64,000 nt of DNA from an uncultured Thermococci archaeon. GTDB taxonomy: Archaea; Methanobacteriota_B; Thermococci; Methanofastidiosales; B48-G16. Position 1 is the stretch's first letter. Every line of letters starts with the position of its first letter. Where the stretch lies: the NCBI GenBank assembly GCA_964595645.1, contig CAZQQT010000002.1, positions 64,001 through 128,000 of the forward strand, in the 5' to 3' direction. A program made the position numbers and the translations under genes. A model generated the notes under the pieces. That model had not been told where the DNA came from. It ran no database searches and saw only the letters and a program-made list of their open reading frames with translations. Shown one piece after another: positions 10,296-19,891 of this stretch.

Positions 10296-11834
10296 TCACA
10301 CAAAGAATCTCTTAAATATTTTTTTCGCCCACTTAAAGTTTAGTCCGTACTTTTTTCCGAAAGCTATCAAAATATCTAGATCTTCTTCTTTCAGTGCTCT
10401 CGTTACAAGGATAAAGAATCCGTAAATAATACCATAAATAATGCTTTTTAGTAAGAATGTATACGTATTTGCAGGAATAATCTGATTCAGCATGAAAAAA
10501 ATAAAAAGAGAGATAAATGCACTCCCAGCATACTTTAGATAATATGCAAGATGAAAGTCTGTCGGCAGCAGTGTTCTAAGCTTCAAAAAGTTGATAATGT
10601 TCCAGAGCGCCATGCAAAACGATGTGGCAAAAGCAGCACCTTCTATTCCAAATCTTGGAATGAGAAGTATATTCATTGCAATATTCAGAAGGACCACACA
10701 TGATTGGACTTTAAAAATGAAGTTTTGTTTTTCATACACTTGCAGTAGTATACCTACAGCACCGACAATGGCGTTAATAAATGTACCGAAGGATAAAATA
10801 ATCAATGCCATGTATGCAGGTTTATATTCCGCTCCAAAAAAGAGAAAAATAAAATTTTCGGGGAAAAATACAAAGAGGAGAAAGAGAGGAAAGGTGAAGA
10901 GAAAAATCCATCGTGTCACTGTCCCATATGTTTCTTTTAAATCATTAAACTGTTTTTTTGTGTATAATTCAGACGCAATAGAGTAGAATAATTGATTGAA
11001 AGACATCAAAACTAAGATCAGGATAAACGCCAACGGATATGCTGCGTTGTACAGTCCAACGTAGTACTCTTTCATGAAATATCCTATGAGAAAACTGTCA
11101 CTTCGTCTGAGTACAGTACCGAGAAGACCAACGAACAATAAAGGGATAGAGAAAGAAAGTACTCTTCCTCGATCGATTGTTTCGATTTTATTTTTAAAGA
11201 TCGAGAATATCTTTGTTTCCAAAATGAGAAAAGTTAATACTGAAGAGATAACAAAAGAGAATAAGTACACGTAACTCACATCGATGAGCGTACCTCCCAT
11301 AAAAAGCACGATAAATGTCAACACAAAGATCAATGCTCCTCTCCCAAAAGTTTCTATCAACACTTTCTCTTTCGGTCGTTTAAAAGACAAAAAAACATAT
11401 AAAAGAAGATAAAAAATAGTATAAAATGGTATTACAAATGAAAATATCTTTAAAACAGATATTAATTGCTCTGATCCAAAAAAAGCACTTATAGTTTCAG
11501 TAAAAAAGTAAATAATAGACGCAATAATTGATCCTGCCACGAATGATAATCCCAACCCGAAGACGAGAAGATGCTTTATTTTGCCAGTTTCTTCCTTCGT
11601 ATTATACTCGGGGATAAACTTTCTAAAAGCCTGTGCGAACCCGAGACATGAGAGAGTCATTGAAACCCCTACAACAATAAGCGCCAACGAAAGTACGCCG
11701 TAGTCTTCTGGAGACAAGTAGCGCGCAACCAGTACTTTATAGAAGAAATCGAAGGCTCCAAGCAGCGCATACCCAACAAATATGATGCTTCCACCTTTCG
11801 CTATCTGTCGGAGCGCGATCTGTTTCTCGTCCAT
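10296..11834 (-). CDS. Oligosaccharide flippase (Wzx/AglR-like, MOP superfamily)
   Basis: ARYLSPEDYG, VGLYNAA, LIPRFGIEGAAFAT; about 14 TMs. Confidence 0.9.
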   Translation of the reverse strand: MDEKQIALRQIAKGGSIIFVGYALLGAFDFFYKVLVARYLSPEDYGVLSLALIVVGVSMTLSCLGFAQAFRKFIPEYNTKEETGKIKHLLVFGLGLSFVAGSIIASIIYFFTETISAFFGSEQLISVLKIFSFVIPFYTIFYLLLYVFLSFKRPKEKVLIETFGRGALIFVLTFIVLFMGGTLIDVSYVYLFSFVISSVLTFLILETKIFSIFKNKIETIDRGRVLSFSIPLLFVGLLGTVLRRSDSFLIGYFMKEYYVGLYNAAYPLAFILILVLMSFNQLFYSIASELYTKKQFNDLKETYGTVTRWIFLFTFPLFLLFVFFPENFIFLFFGAEYKPAYMALIILSFGTFINAIVGAVGILLQVYEKQNFIFKVQSCVVLLNIAMNILLIPRFGIEGAAFATSFCMALWNIINFLKLRTLLPTDFHLAYYLKYAGSAFISLFIFFMLNQIIPANTYTFLLKSIIYGIIYGFFILVTRALKEEDLDILIAFGKKYGLNFKWAKKIFKRFFV

Positions 11835-11884
11835 GAACTTACCAAGCGAGTATAATTTATAAATCTACCAGTAGGACACGAGAA

Positions 11885-12901
11885 CTATTCGCTCAGGTTC
11901 TCACAGAAAAATTCTAGCTTTTTATAGTCGGGTTCAACGCTATCTGTATAGAAGTCAAGTCCAAAATCAGCTGCTACTTTCATTATTCTCTCGATTTGAT
12001 CACTTTTAAGATTTTCCTTCCATTTACGCAATTGATAGTCTTTTTTCACTACTTTTTGGACATCTCCTTGTGTGACCTTACTTGGAATAGTAAGGTGTTT
12101 TACCGCGTTGTTTGGCACAGGTTCACCTACAAAATCATAGAGTCGTTGCAGTTCGTCCACTCCTTCAGCTACAAGTTTTTCATAGGGCACGATATACCAA
12201 TTTTTAGCGTACTTCGATGTGAGTGGAATATATGTATCGAGAGACCACACAGCAGCTAATATCTCTTCTTTATATTCCAAACCTTTAATTTTTTCACGAA
12301 ATTGAGGATAATCGGATTCAAGTTCTCGAACCTCTTTTTCCAATTGTTCTTTATGAGGTCGTTTTTCATCGAAGGTGGGCGTGAGATGATTGTATCCGTA
12401 ATAGCCACTTTTTAACTGGGAAGCGATTGTTGCGCAAGGATGCCGTACCACTAGGACCACACTTCGCACAGCAAGATGGTTGTGTATCCATGGCAAAAGC
12501 CTGTTTGCACGGATCGTCTTCACGACGATTTTCGTACTCAGCACACGATGAAGGAGGAAATGAGGTTCAACACGGATGTACGGGCTCTGACTGATGGTCT
12601 TTCCAGAGAATGCCGTTTCAAGATATTTTTTCCCGCGTCCCCATCGTTCTTCTGGCGGTATGTATGTTCTCGATTGAAATCCGACCTTATACGACTCTGG
12701 AAACCATTTTGGATGGAGGGGTTCAAACAGTGTCGTGTAGTGAGGCAACCACCCAAGGAGCTCCATTACCCACGTACTACCCGATCGAGGAGTGCTAGCA
12801 ACAAGAATTGTATCCTCTATCCTCATATCCTTGCTCTTTATGGCTATCGTATCAAATAGACATGCACCCTTTCTTCTAATCCCGTATAGGATACCTCTCA
12901 C
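11885..12901 (-). CDS. PAPS-dependent sulfotransferase
   Basis: 5'-PSB loop ASTPRSGSTW, 3'-PB VVRHPCATIAS, YEKL; GTG start at 12901 overlaps the upstream TGA. Confidence 0.85.
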   Translation of the reverse strand: MRGILYGIRRKGACLFDTIAIKSKDMRIEDTILVASTPRSGSTWVMELLGWLPHYTTLFEPLHPKWFPESYKVGFQSRTYIPPEERWGRGKKYLETAFSGKTISQSPYIRVEPHFLLHRVLSTKIVVKTIRANRLLPWIHNHLAVRSVVLVVRHPCATIASQLKSGYYGYNHLTPTFDEKRPHKEQLEKEVRELESDYPQFREKIKGLEYKEEILAAVWSLDTYIPLTSKYAKNWYIVPYEKLVAEGVDELQRLYDFVGEPVPNNAVKHLTIPSKVTQGDVQKVVKKDYQLRKWKENLKSDQIERIMKVAADFGLDFYTDSVEPDYKKLEFFCENLSE

Positions 12902-13761
12902 CTCGTAAAGAGAGACACAAGCACACCGACACTCCATCCGATGTTTATGAGGATTAATACAATAAAGCCGTATAATCTATATGAGTTCAAACTCAGAACA
13001 ACGGACAGCATGTGCACAAAAAACAGGATCAGTGTAATTTTCCAACTGAGAATTATCAACAGCAAAAGGACCAATGGCACGAACCGTAACCAAAAGGACA
13101 TGTCGAAATATTTCCCGTGAGAAAAGAACGTTTTTCTGCTTCTTTTCCCTATCTTGTACTCTTTTTTCATTACACCTCGTACAGTTTTAGGGTCTTTATG
13201 ATACGCAACAGCGTCATTATCAATTTTTACTATGTACCCTTGCTCTTCTATTTGCCATGAGAGATCAACATCTTCTCCAACTTCCCCCTTACTCAAAAGA
13301 TCGCGAAATTTTTTCCGGAATGCCATTGTCCCGCCGGAAGCCCAGTCTCTCCTTTTATAGAACAGTCCTCTCAATGAATCAAGACCCTTCGCGATCCAGT
13401 TGTTCCCGTAGGATTGGATATAACCTCCAACTATCCCGACGTGTTCATCATCAAAGTGGTTGATGATATTCTCAATAAATTTCTCATCGAAAATCTCGTC
13501 GGCGTCTACTGTAATGATTATCTCGCCCTGTACCTTAGACACACCGAAATGTCGGGCATTTCGGAGACCGCGGTGATCTCTTTCAAAAATTGTCATATCG
13601 AAATCATTTTCATAATTTTTCACTATCTCTATAGTGTTATCAGTGGAGCCGTCATCCACCACTATAAGTTCAAAATTCTTATATGTCTGGTTTTTTAACG
13701 ACTCTAAGCACTCTTCTATATTTTTTTCTTCGTTGTACACACAGAGCACTACAGAGTTCAT
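12898..13761 (-). CDS. GT2 glycosyltransferase
   Basis: VYNEE, DDGSTD, VDAD, GEDVDL. Confidence 0.9.
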   Translation of the reverse strand: MNSVVLCVYNEEKNIEECLESLKNQTYKNFELIVVDDGSTDNTIEIVKNYENDFDMTIFERDHRGLRNARHFGVSKVQGEIIITVDADEIFDEKFIENIINHFDDEHVGIVGGYIQSYGNNWIAKGLDSLRGLFYKRRDWASGGTMAFRKKFRDLLSKGEVGEDVDLSWQIEEQGYIVKIDNDAVAYHKDPKTVRGVMKKEYKIGKRSRKTFFSHGKYFDMSFWLRFVPLVLLLLIILSWKITLILFFVHMLSVVLSLNSYRLYGFIVLILINIGWSVGVLVSLFTR

Positions 13762-13802
13762 TGTGATACCATATGGAGAGAATTTAAATTAGTTTCCTTT
13801 CA

Positions 13803-14780
13803 CTACCTAGAAATTCCATATACACATCCCATCCCGTAACAGATGACACTCGTTATGTACGTAATGAAGATACGTCCCACATAGTTGATTTTCTTGTGTT
13901 TTGGATAGGTAGAAAGCGAAAAAATGAGAGAAGATGCCACGAAGAAAAGAAGTATCAACAATAATAAACGGAATAGAGTGAATGATATAACATAAGAAGG
14001 AATCAAAAAGATCATTGAGATAATATAGGCTATAGGAATTGAATAGAGCGCTTTAAACGATTTCGGATGTTTTTTTACTATCTCTGCCCTTGCTTTTCCA
14101 TACTCCCACATTCGGTTTCCCCATTGTGATAAACTTGATCTCATTTTGTGATACACCACAGCCTCAGGCGTATACAATAGTGTATAGCCTTGCTTTCTTA
14201 TTCTATGGTTGAGTTCAGCATCCTGTCCTGTGGCAAACACTTCGTCATACGTAAGATTTCTTAAAATCTCTTTTTTGTAGAGCGCATTGCAGTTGGGAAT
14301 ACTCTCAACTACTTTTTCCTCTTCAAAATGACCTCCTTGAGTAGACCCCAATCCTCCCCACCATGTGTCCACCATATATCCTAGAGCCTCTACAAAAGCA
14401 GATGCGTTTTTTGGTATCCTTGTGTCCCCGCCAATGCCTGCAACTTCGTTATTTTTCCTCAAAATTGTTGAAACTAATGATTCAAGCCAGGTTTCTTCAA
14501 CTTCTACGTCAGCATCGGTCAGCGCAATATACTCTCCTTCGGCGTGTTCTACGCCAATGTTTCTTCCAGTAGCGGCATTTTTCTTTGGATTGTTTAACAG
14601 TGTTACCGCATCATACTGTTCCACAACCTCTCTGGTGCTGTCGGTGGATCCGCCGTCTACCACAATGATCTTATACTTTTCTTTGGGGTACGTTTGGTCA
14701 ATGAGAGAATCTAAGCACTCTTCTATATTTTTTTCTTCATTATAGGTTGGTACCACCACAGACACAGCAGGATATCCCAT
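13803..14780 (-). CDS. GT2 glycosyltransferase (ExoA-like)
   Basis: VVVPTYNEE, DGGSTD, TDAD, GQDAELN; start refined to MGYPAV at 14780. Confidence 0.9.
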   Translation of the reverse strand: MGYPAVSVVVPTYNEEKNIEECLDSLIDQTYPKEKYKIIVVDGGSTDSTREVVEQYDAVTLLNNPKKNAATGRNIGVEHAEGEYIALTDADVEVEETWLESLVSTILRKNNEVAGIGGDTRIPKNASAFVEALGYMVDTWWGGLGSTQGGHFEEEKVVESIPNCNALYKKEILRNLTYDEVFATGQDAELNHRIRKQGYTLLYTPEAVVYHKMRSSLSQWGNRMWEYGKARAEIVKKHPKSFKALYSIPIAYIISMIFLIPSYVISFTLFRLLLLILLFFVASSLIFSLSTYPKHKKINYVGRIFITYITSVICYGMGCVYGISR

Positions 14781-14861
14781 TCCAATTCCTTCTCTATAAA
14801 AACTATAATACCTGATTCTAATAAGTCTTGCTCTTATAAACCTCACCCAACCTTTTTAAAT

Positions 14862-14885
14862 AATGACATATAACGATATGTAATT
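14862..14885. promoter_or_regulatory. Inverted repeat just downstream of a TATA box; candidate RHH operator
   Basis: AATGACATAT-AACG-ATATGTAATT (9/10 arm match) following TTTTTAAATA at 14853-14862. Confidence 0.5.
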
Positions 14886-14904
14886 GAAATATATTGGTGA
14901 TAGA

Positions 14905-15132
14905 ATGCCGAAGGAAAAAAAGTACACAACGGTGTCAATTCCAAAACAGCTGGCAGAGAAGATAGAGGGAAGAATAGAGGACACAGGATTCAACTCCGTG
15001 TCCAGCTACGTCACGTACGTTCTACGAGAAGTGCTCTCAAGCCTCGAGGAAGAGAAAAAGGAAGAAGTATTCAGCAAAGAGGAAGAAGAAAAGGTGAAAG
15101 AGAGACTGCGATCACTGGGATACCTCGACTGA
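14905..15132 (+). CDS. CopG/ribbon-helix-helix transcriptional regulator with acidic C-terminal LRSLGYLD tail
   Basis: YTTVSIPK beta-ribbon, FNSVSSYVTYVLRE helix; GGTGA RBS at 14896. Confidence 0.85.
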   Translation: MPKEKKYTTVSIPKQLAEKIEGRIEDTGFNSVSSYVTYVLREVLSSLEEEKKEEVFSKEEEEKVKERLRSLGYLD

Positions 15133-15142
15133 GGAGATACCA

Positions 15143-16270
15143 ATGAATGAACCCCACGGCGGTCGGTTAGTGCGTCGTATCCTCCCGGAAAAAAATAAAG
15201 AGAAAATTTTAGAACAAAAAGAAGAGTTTCAAAAAACACAGTTAACCGATGAACAGGTAAAAGACGTAAAAAACATTGGCTTCGGTGTGTACTCTCCATT
15301 GAAGGGATTTTTGCATGAACAGGAGTTTGAAAGTGTTGTAAACGGCATGCGGCTCCCCAACGAGCTCGCTTGGTCCGTTCCTATCGTGCTAGACACGGAT
15401 AAAGACGTCGACGATGAGATACTCCTGACCGATAAACGAGGAAAGGTGATTGCACTGATGGAGGTAGAGGATCGGTACACCTACAACAAACACCATGTCG
15501 TGAAGAACGTGTTCAACACGAAGGAAAAGGATCATCCCGGCGTGGCCGATGTCTACGAGATGGGTGACACACTTCTCGGCGGTGACATCCAGCTTATCGA
15601 CACGGAGAAAACGCCGTTTTACCAGATGTACCTCGAACCGAAGGAAACACGAATCCTCTTTAAAGAGCTGGGGTGGGATACTATTGTTGCATTCCAGACG
15701 AGAAATGCGCCCCATCGAGGGCATGAGTACCTCCAGAAGTCCGCGCTGGAGATTGTGGATGGCCTCTTCATCAACCCGGTGATCGGCAAAAAGAAGCCGG
15801 GAGATTTTACGGATGAGGTCATCCTCACCGCGTACAAGATCCTCATGGAGCACTACTTCCCGAAGAATCGTGTAGTCATGAGTATTCTCCCAACGAAAAT
15901 GCGGTACGCGGGGCCGAGAGAGGCAATTTTCCATGCCATCGTACGAAAAAACTATGGATGCACCCATTTTATTGTGGGCCGTGACCATGCGGGGGTAGGC
16001 GACTACTACGGCACGTATGACGCACAGAAAATCTTTGAGAAGTTTGACTACGAGGAGCTGGAGATTACCCCGTTGAAGTTCGAACATGCCGGCTACTGTG
16101 AGAAGTGTGGGGGATACGTCTCCATGAAGACCTGTCCGCACGAAAAAATACCGCCGAGCGGGACGAAAATACGGAAGATGCTCCAGGCCAAGGAACTCCC
16201 GCCGGAGGAGCTCATGCGGAAGGAAGTTGCCCAGTACATTGTGGGCGTAGAGAACCCATTCGTGATGTAG
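15143..16270 (+). CDS. sat: Sulfate adenylyltransferase (ATP sulfurylase)
   Basis: PHGG, FQTRNAPHRGHE, MRYAGPREA, GRDHAG, SGTKIR; CEKC...CPH Zn site. Confidence 0.97.
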   Translation: MNEPHGGRLVRRILPEKNKEKILEQKEEFQKTQLTDEQVKDVKNIGFGVYSPLKGFLHEQEFESVVNGMRLPNELAWSVPIVLDTDKDVDDEILLTDKRGKVIALMEVEDRYTYNKHHVVKNVFNTKEKDHPGVADVYEMGDTLLGGDIQLIDTEKTPFYQMYLEPKETRILFKELGWDTIVAFQTRNAPHRGHEYLQKSALEIVDGLFINPVIGKKKPGDFTDEVILTAYKILMEHYFPKNRVVMSILPTKMRYAGPREAIFHAIVRKNYGCTHFIVGRDHAGVGDYYGTYDAQKIFEKFDYEELEITPLKFEHAGYCEKCGGYVSMKTCPHEKIPPSGTKIRKMLQAKELPPEELMRKEVAQYIVGVENPFVM

Positions 16271-17167
16271 ATGATCGTGCACCACTGGGACTGTGACGGG
16301 ATCTGTTCGGCGGCGTTACTGAAGGCCATTGAGGACGGAGAGCTATTCGTTCCGCGAAATTTCTTCCTGACGAACAACGAGAAACAGATCCTTACAAAGA
16401 AGGAGCCAGAGACTATCTACCTCGTCGATATCGCCCTCCCCAGTGAGGATATTCAGTTCCTCAGGGAGTTAGCGGAGCTGCATATCTTCGATCACCACAA
16501 GCGAGAGGAGCAAGAGGAACACTTCCACGTCGATGAGAATGCGCCGGCGACAGCAGTGATTATTCACGACTACTACGACCTTTCCAATGATCTTCTGCCC
16601 GTACTTGGTGCCGTCGGGGATGAAGAGGAGGCAATTCTTGACACACCATATAAAGAAACAGTGGAGTATGTGATGGAGGAGTACAGTCTCACCTTCGATC
16701 AACTCCTGCGAATCACTGAGCTCCTCGACTCACACTACATCCTCAACGATTTCGACGCCGTGAAAAAAAGCGTGGATTTTGTATTACGACATGGGGATGA
16801 TCCACACAGTATTCTGGAGAGCCCCACACTAAACGAGAACGTGAAAACAATAGAGCACACGATTGAAAACGGTATCGAAGACCACACCGTTGAGAATGCG
16901 TATGTGCTGTGTGAGATCGATACGCCGTACAGGATTATCTCACAGGTTACCAGAAGACTCTTTAAAAGGTATCCTCAGAAAACGGTGATTGTGGTGAACA
17001 GGAAGAAGGGAAATATCTACGTGCGATCACACAACGATCTCTCCCCGCTTATTACTCACGCGAAGGAACGATACTGCGCAGGCGGAAAAACGCATGTATG
17101 CGGTATTATTTTACCAGAAAAGGATATAAACGACTATATAGAAACAATAAAAGAACTCACAGGGTGA
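16271..17167 (+). CDS. DHH-family phosphoesterase (probable PAP 3'-phosphatase)
   Basis: HHWDCDG, VDIA, FDHH, AGG motifs; located within the sat-cysC operon. Confidence 0.8.
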   Translation: MIVHHWDCDGICSAALLKAIEDGELFVPRNFFLTNNEKQILTKKEPETIYLVDIALPSEDIQFLRELAELHIFDHHKREEQEEHFHVDENAPATAVIIHDYYDLSNDLLPVLGAVGDEEEAILDTPYKETVEYVMEEYSLTFDQLLRITELLDSHYILNDFDAVKKSVDFVLRHGDDPHSILESPTLNENVKTIEHTIENGIEDHTVENAYVLCEIDTPYRIISQVTRRLFKRYPQKTVIVVNRKKGNIYVRSHNDLSPLITHAKERYCAGGKTHVCGIILPEKDINDYIETIKELTG

Positions 17168-17171
17168 GAAA

Positions 17172-17723
17172 ATGGTAAATTATATTGTGTCGGGCATTGA
17201 ACGATCAGGGACTTCAATGATGATGCAGATTCTCGATAGAGGAGGAGCTCCCGTGGCGTACGACGAGTCCCGGGAACCGGACTACCACAATCCAAAGGGC
17301 TACTACGAATTGGAAGGTGGCAAGGTCATTGAGAAACTCAAGGATGGTACCTTCTCCTTCGACAAGTATGAGGACAAAGTGGTGAAAATCACCGCCTACG
17401 GACTCAAGTTCCTCCCGGAACGAACGTACAAAGTGGTCTACATGACACGGGATCTCGATGAGGTGATGGATTCCATGGAAAAAATGGCGGGATCCGTCGA
17501 TAGAGAGAAAGAGAAGCCACTGTTTCAAAAGTTGCACGAGTTTTCACTGGATCTCATGGAAGATCGGGATGACATCGACTACCTCGTAGTGAACCACAGG
17601 GATGTCATCGAGAATCCAGTAGAGGAGACGAAGCGAGTCAATGACTTTTTGGGGGGAATGCTTGACGTGGAGACAGGAGCAGAAGCGGTGGATCCCGATC
17701 TCCATCGAAACGTACGAGAATGA
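17172..17723 (+). CDS. Small sulfotransferase-family protein
   Basis: VSGIERSGTSMMMQ, NPKGYYE, YMTRDLDEVMDS. Confidence 0.82.
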   Translation: MVNYIVSGIERSGTSMMMQILDRGGAPVAYDESREPDYHNPKGYYELEGGKVIEKLKDGTFSFDKYEDKVVKITAYGLKFLPERTYKVVYMTRDLDEVMDSMEKMAGSVDREKEKPLFQKLHEFSLDLMEDRDDIDYLVVNHRDVIENPVEETKRVNDFLGGMLDVETGAEAVDPDLHRNVRE

Positions 17724-17732
17724 GGTGAAGGC

Positions 17733-18263
17733 ATGACAGGATTTGTACTATGGTTTACTGGATTATCAGCGTCGGGGAAGTCCGCGGTCGCTGATAGGGT
17801 TGCGGAGCGATTGAAGAAACGGGGACTCAAGATAGAACGGCTCGACGGCGATATCGTGCGGAAAAGTCTTACCAAGGATCTCGGGTTTACCGAGGAGGAT
17901 CGCAATGAGAATATCAAACGGGTGACCTTCGTTGCCAAGTTGTTATCGAGGAACGATGTAGGCGTCATCGCCTCCTTTATCTCGCCCTACCGCGCAGTAC
18001 GGGATCATGTGCGAGAAGAGGTCACGAACTTCGTGGAGATATTCGCCCACTGTCCTCTCGAGGTATGCATTGAGCGGGATCCGAAGGGCCTCTATAAAAA
18101 GGCATTGAACGGGGAGGTAGACAATTTCACCGGCATTTCTCATCCGTATGAAGAGCCAAAGGATCCGGACATACGACTGGAGACGCACAAGGAGAGCATC
18201 GAAGAAAGTACGGAAAAAGTCATTAAAAAAATCGAAGCAATGGGTCTTATTTCTTCGGATTGA
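17733..18263 (+). CDS. cysC: Adenylyl-sulfate kinase
   Basis: WFTGLSASGKS, LDGD, LGFTEEDRNENI, RDPKGLY, FTGISHPYE. Confidence 0.97.
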   Translation: MTGFVLWFTGLSASGKSAVADRVAERLKKRGLKIERLDGDIVRKSLTKDLGFTEEDRNENIKRVTFVAKLLSRNDVGVIASFISPYRAVRDHVREEVTNFVEIFAHCPLEVCIERDPKGLYKKALNGEVDNFTGISHPYEEPKDPDIRLETHKESIEESTEKVIKKIEAMGLISSD

Positions 18264-18417
18264 AGTGTTCTTTTCTCATTTTTCTTTTCTCATACTATTT
18301 TTACCCTATACCATATTTTCTCCGATATACTTTTTCTTCCGGTTTCTTTTAATTCAATAAGGATAAAATATTTAAATATACAAAATATATCGTAATGTGT
18401 AATAAGGAGGATGTAAC

Positions 18418-18981
18418 ATGAAAAAGAAATTGGTAGTATTTTTGATAGCAACAATGATGTTTACGCTGTTTAGCGGCTGCTCAGACGAAGAGTCCACGAC
18501 GACAACCCCCGCACCTACCACGACACCACCGAACTTCGTGACGTACGAGAGCGCACCGGACAATGTCCGCATCATGTACCCCAAGGAGTGGGAGAAAATG
18601 GAGGACTACCAGAACACCGTGGTGCTGTTCCGGTCACCCCCGGAAGATGACACCGATGTTTTCCAGGAAAACCTCAATATCGTGGTGGGAACGTCATCGT
18701 CTACGGATTTAGAGAAGTTCACCGATGCGAACATTGAAGAGATTGAGAAATCCTTTACCGACGTGAAACTGGTGAGTAACACGTCCACGACCCTCGCAGG
18801 AGTCGCTGCACGTGAGGTCGTCTTTACCCTCGAGCAAAAGGATTACACGATTAAACTGATGCAAATCTACGCGCTTAAGGAGGGCAATGCGTACGTCATT
18901 ACCTACACAGCAGAAGAAGATGCATATTCAGAGTATCTCACGACAGCACGCGCAATGATCGCTACATTCGAAATTCTTTAA
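18418..18981 (+). CDS. PsbP/DcrB-like lipoprotein
   Basis: Lipobox LFSGC, Thr/Pro linker, YPKEW, ENLNIV, TLAG, ITYTA; GGAGG RBS. Confidence 0.8.
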   Translation: MKKKLVVFLIATMMFTLFSGCSDEESTTTTPAPTTTPPNFVTYESAPDNVRIMYPKEWEKMEDYQNTVVLFRSPPEDDTDVFQENLNIVVGTSSSTDLEKFTDANIEEIEKSFTDVKLVSNTSTTLAGVAAREVVFTLEQKDYTIKLMQIYALKEGNAYVITYTAEEDAYSEYLTTARAMIATFEIL

Positions 18982-18986
18982 CGGTG

Positions 18987-19562
18987 TCACTCCACCGTTT
19001 TTCTTTTTTTCCATGCAGTAACCACCATTTCCACAAGAGAAACGGGATCGTCACTTCTGTGTATCGTTGCATTACTGGATTTTTCAATGTCTCGAAGGAG
19101 AATGTCAATTGTGTTTTTCGTGATTCCTCCGCTCCCGTCGAGAATTCCAATCGGTTTTCCTAGATCGTAGGCGATAGTGAACTCGTTCATTGTCCCCGTT
19201 CGACCATCGATGAGAATACAGGCGTCACAGGCAGTGACAGAAGACACATTCCTATATTTTTTACATACTAACGGCTTGTCTGCGTGCATATAGTTCTTCG
19301 GAATAAACACGAAATCGGTGAACCCTTCGACAGGGTAGTTGTAGACATGAACATGATCGTTTAGGCTGGTGGCAGGAGAGTATCCGACGGTAATGCCTCC
19401 TCGTCGGTACGCTTCCTGTACTGCCTCGTACGGGAGCCCTGGACAGCCGCCGGTGATTACTGTGTGTCCTCGTTCTGCAATCTCTCCTCCCACTACCCGT
19501 GCGTTCTTTGCAATCTCTTCTCGGATATCAGAAGATGCCGATCCGTACACACCAATCTTCAT
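18987..19562 (-). CDS. LOG/SLOG Rossmann-fold nucleotide-binding protein (TIGR00725-like)
   Basis: IGVYGS, TGGCPGLP, RN, GRTGTMNE. Confidence 0.85.
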   Translation of the reverse strand: MKIGVYGSASSDIREEIAKNARVVGGEIAERGHTVITGGCPGLPYEAVQEAYRRGGITVGYSPATSLNDHVHVYNYPVEGFTDFVFIPKNYMHADKPLVCKKYRNVSSVTACDACILIDGRTGTMNEFTIAYDLGKPIGILDGSGGITKNTIDILLRDIEKSSNATIHRSDDPVSLVEMVVTAWKKRKTVE

Positions 19563-19629
19563 ACCGTATTTCTACTACTTCTCTTGAAATACGTTATGCA
19601 GAAACGTAGTAGGAGGGTACCGAGAGGGT

Positions 19630-19758
19630 ATTGAAGAACTTCTCAACAAGGTACAAGAGTACCTCAACAATGCCAATACCACGAACAACACAATCTACGC
19701 GAACAACGAGCTGCTGAATGCGATTGAGTTACTAGAAAAGATATTAAACATGCTTTAA
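19630..19758 (+). repeat. Copy 1 of a 129-bp imperfect direct repeat (3' end remnant of a protein gene)
   Basis: 108/129 identical to 20734-20862 by manual alignment; encodes IEELLNKVQEYLNNANTTNNTIYANNELLNAIELLEKILNML*. Confidence 0.92.
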
Positions 19759-19891
19759 TTTTTCTTTTTCTTCTGTCTTTAGAGTAAATCAAATAGTAAC
19801 CCCCCTGTTCGGAGAAAGCGAGATTACCTGTAAGACCTCAGCGAAAACATGAAGATACATATTTAAATCTTGCAACGGGATAAATGTACTA

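Noticed and set aside
15389-16285. Long antisense ORFs (also 23570-24202, 37671-38411, 51032-51685)
   Set aside because: Shadow frames of well-supported genes on the opposite strand
15143-18263. sat as evidence of dissimilatory sulfate reduction
   Set aside because: It is linked to APS kinase and sulfotransferases, and no apr, dsr or qmo genes are in the window
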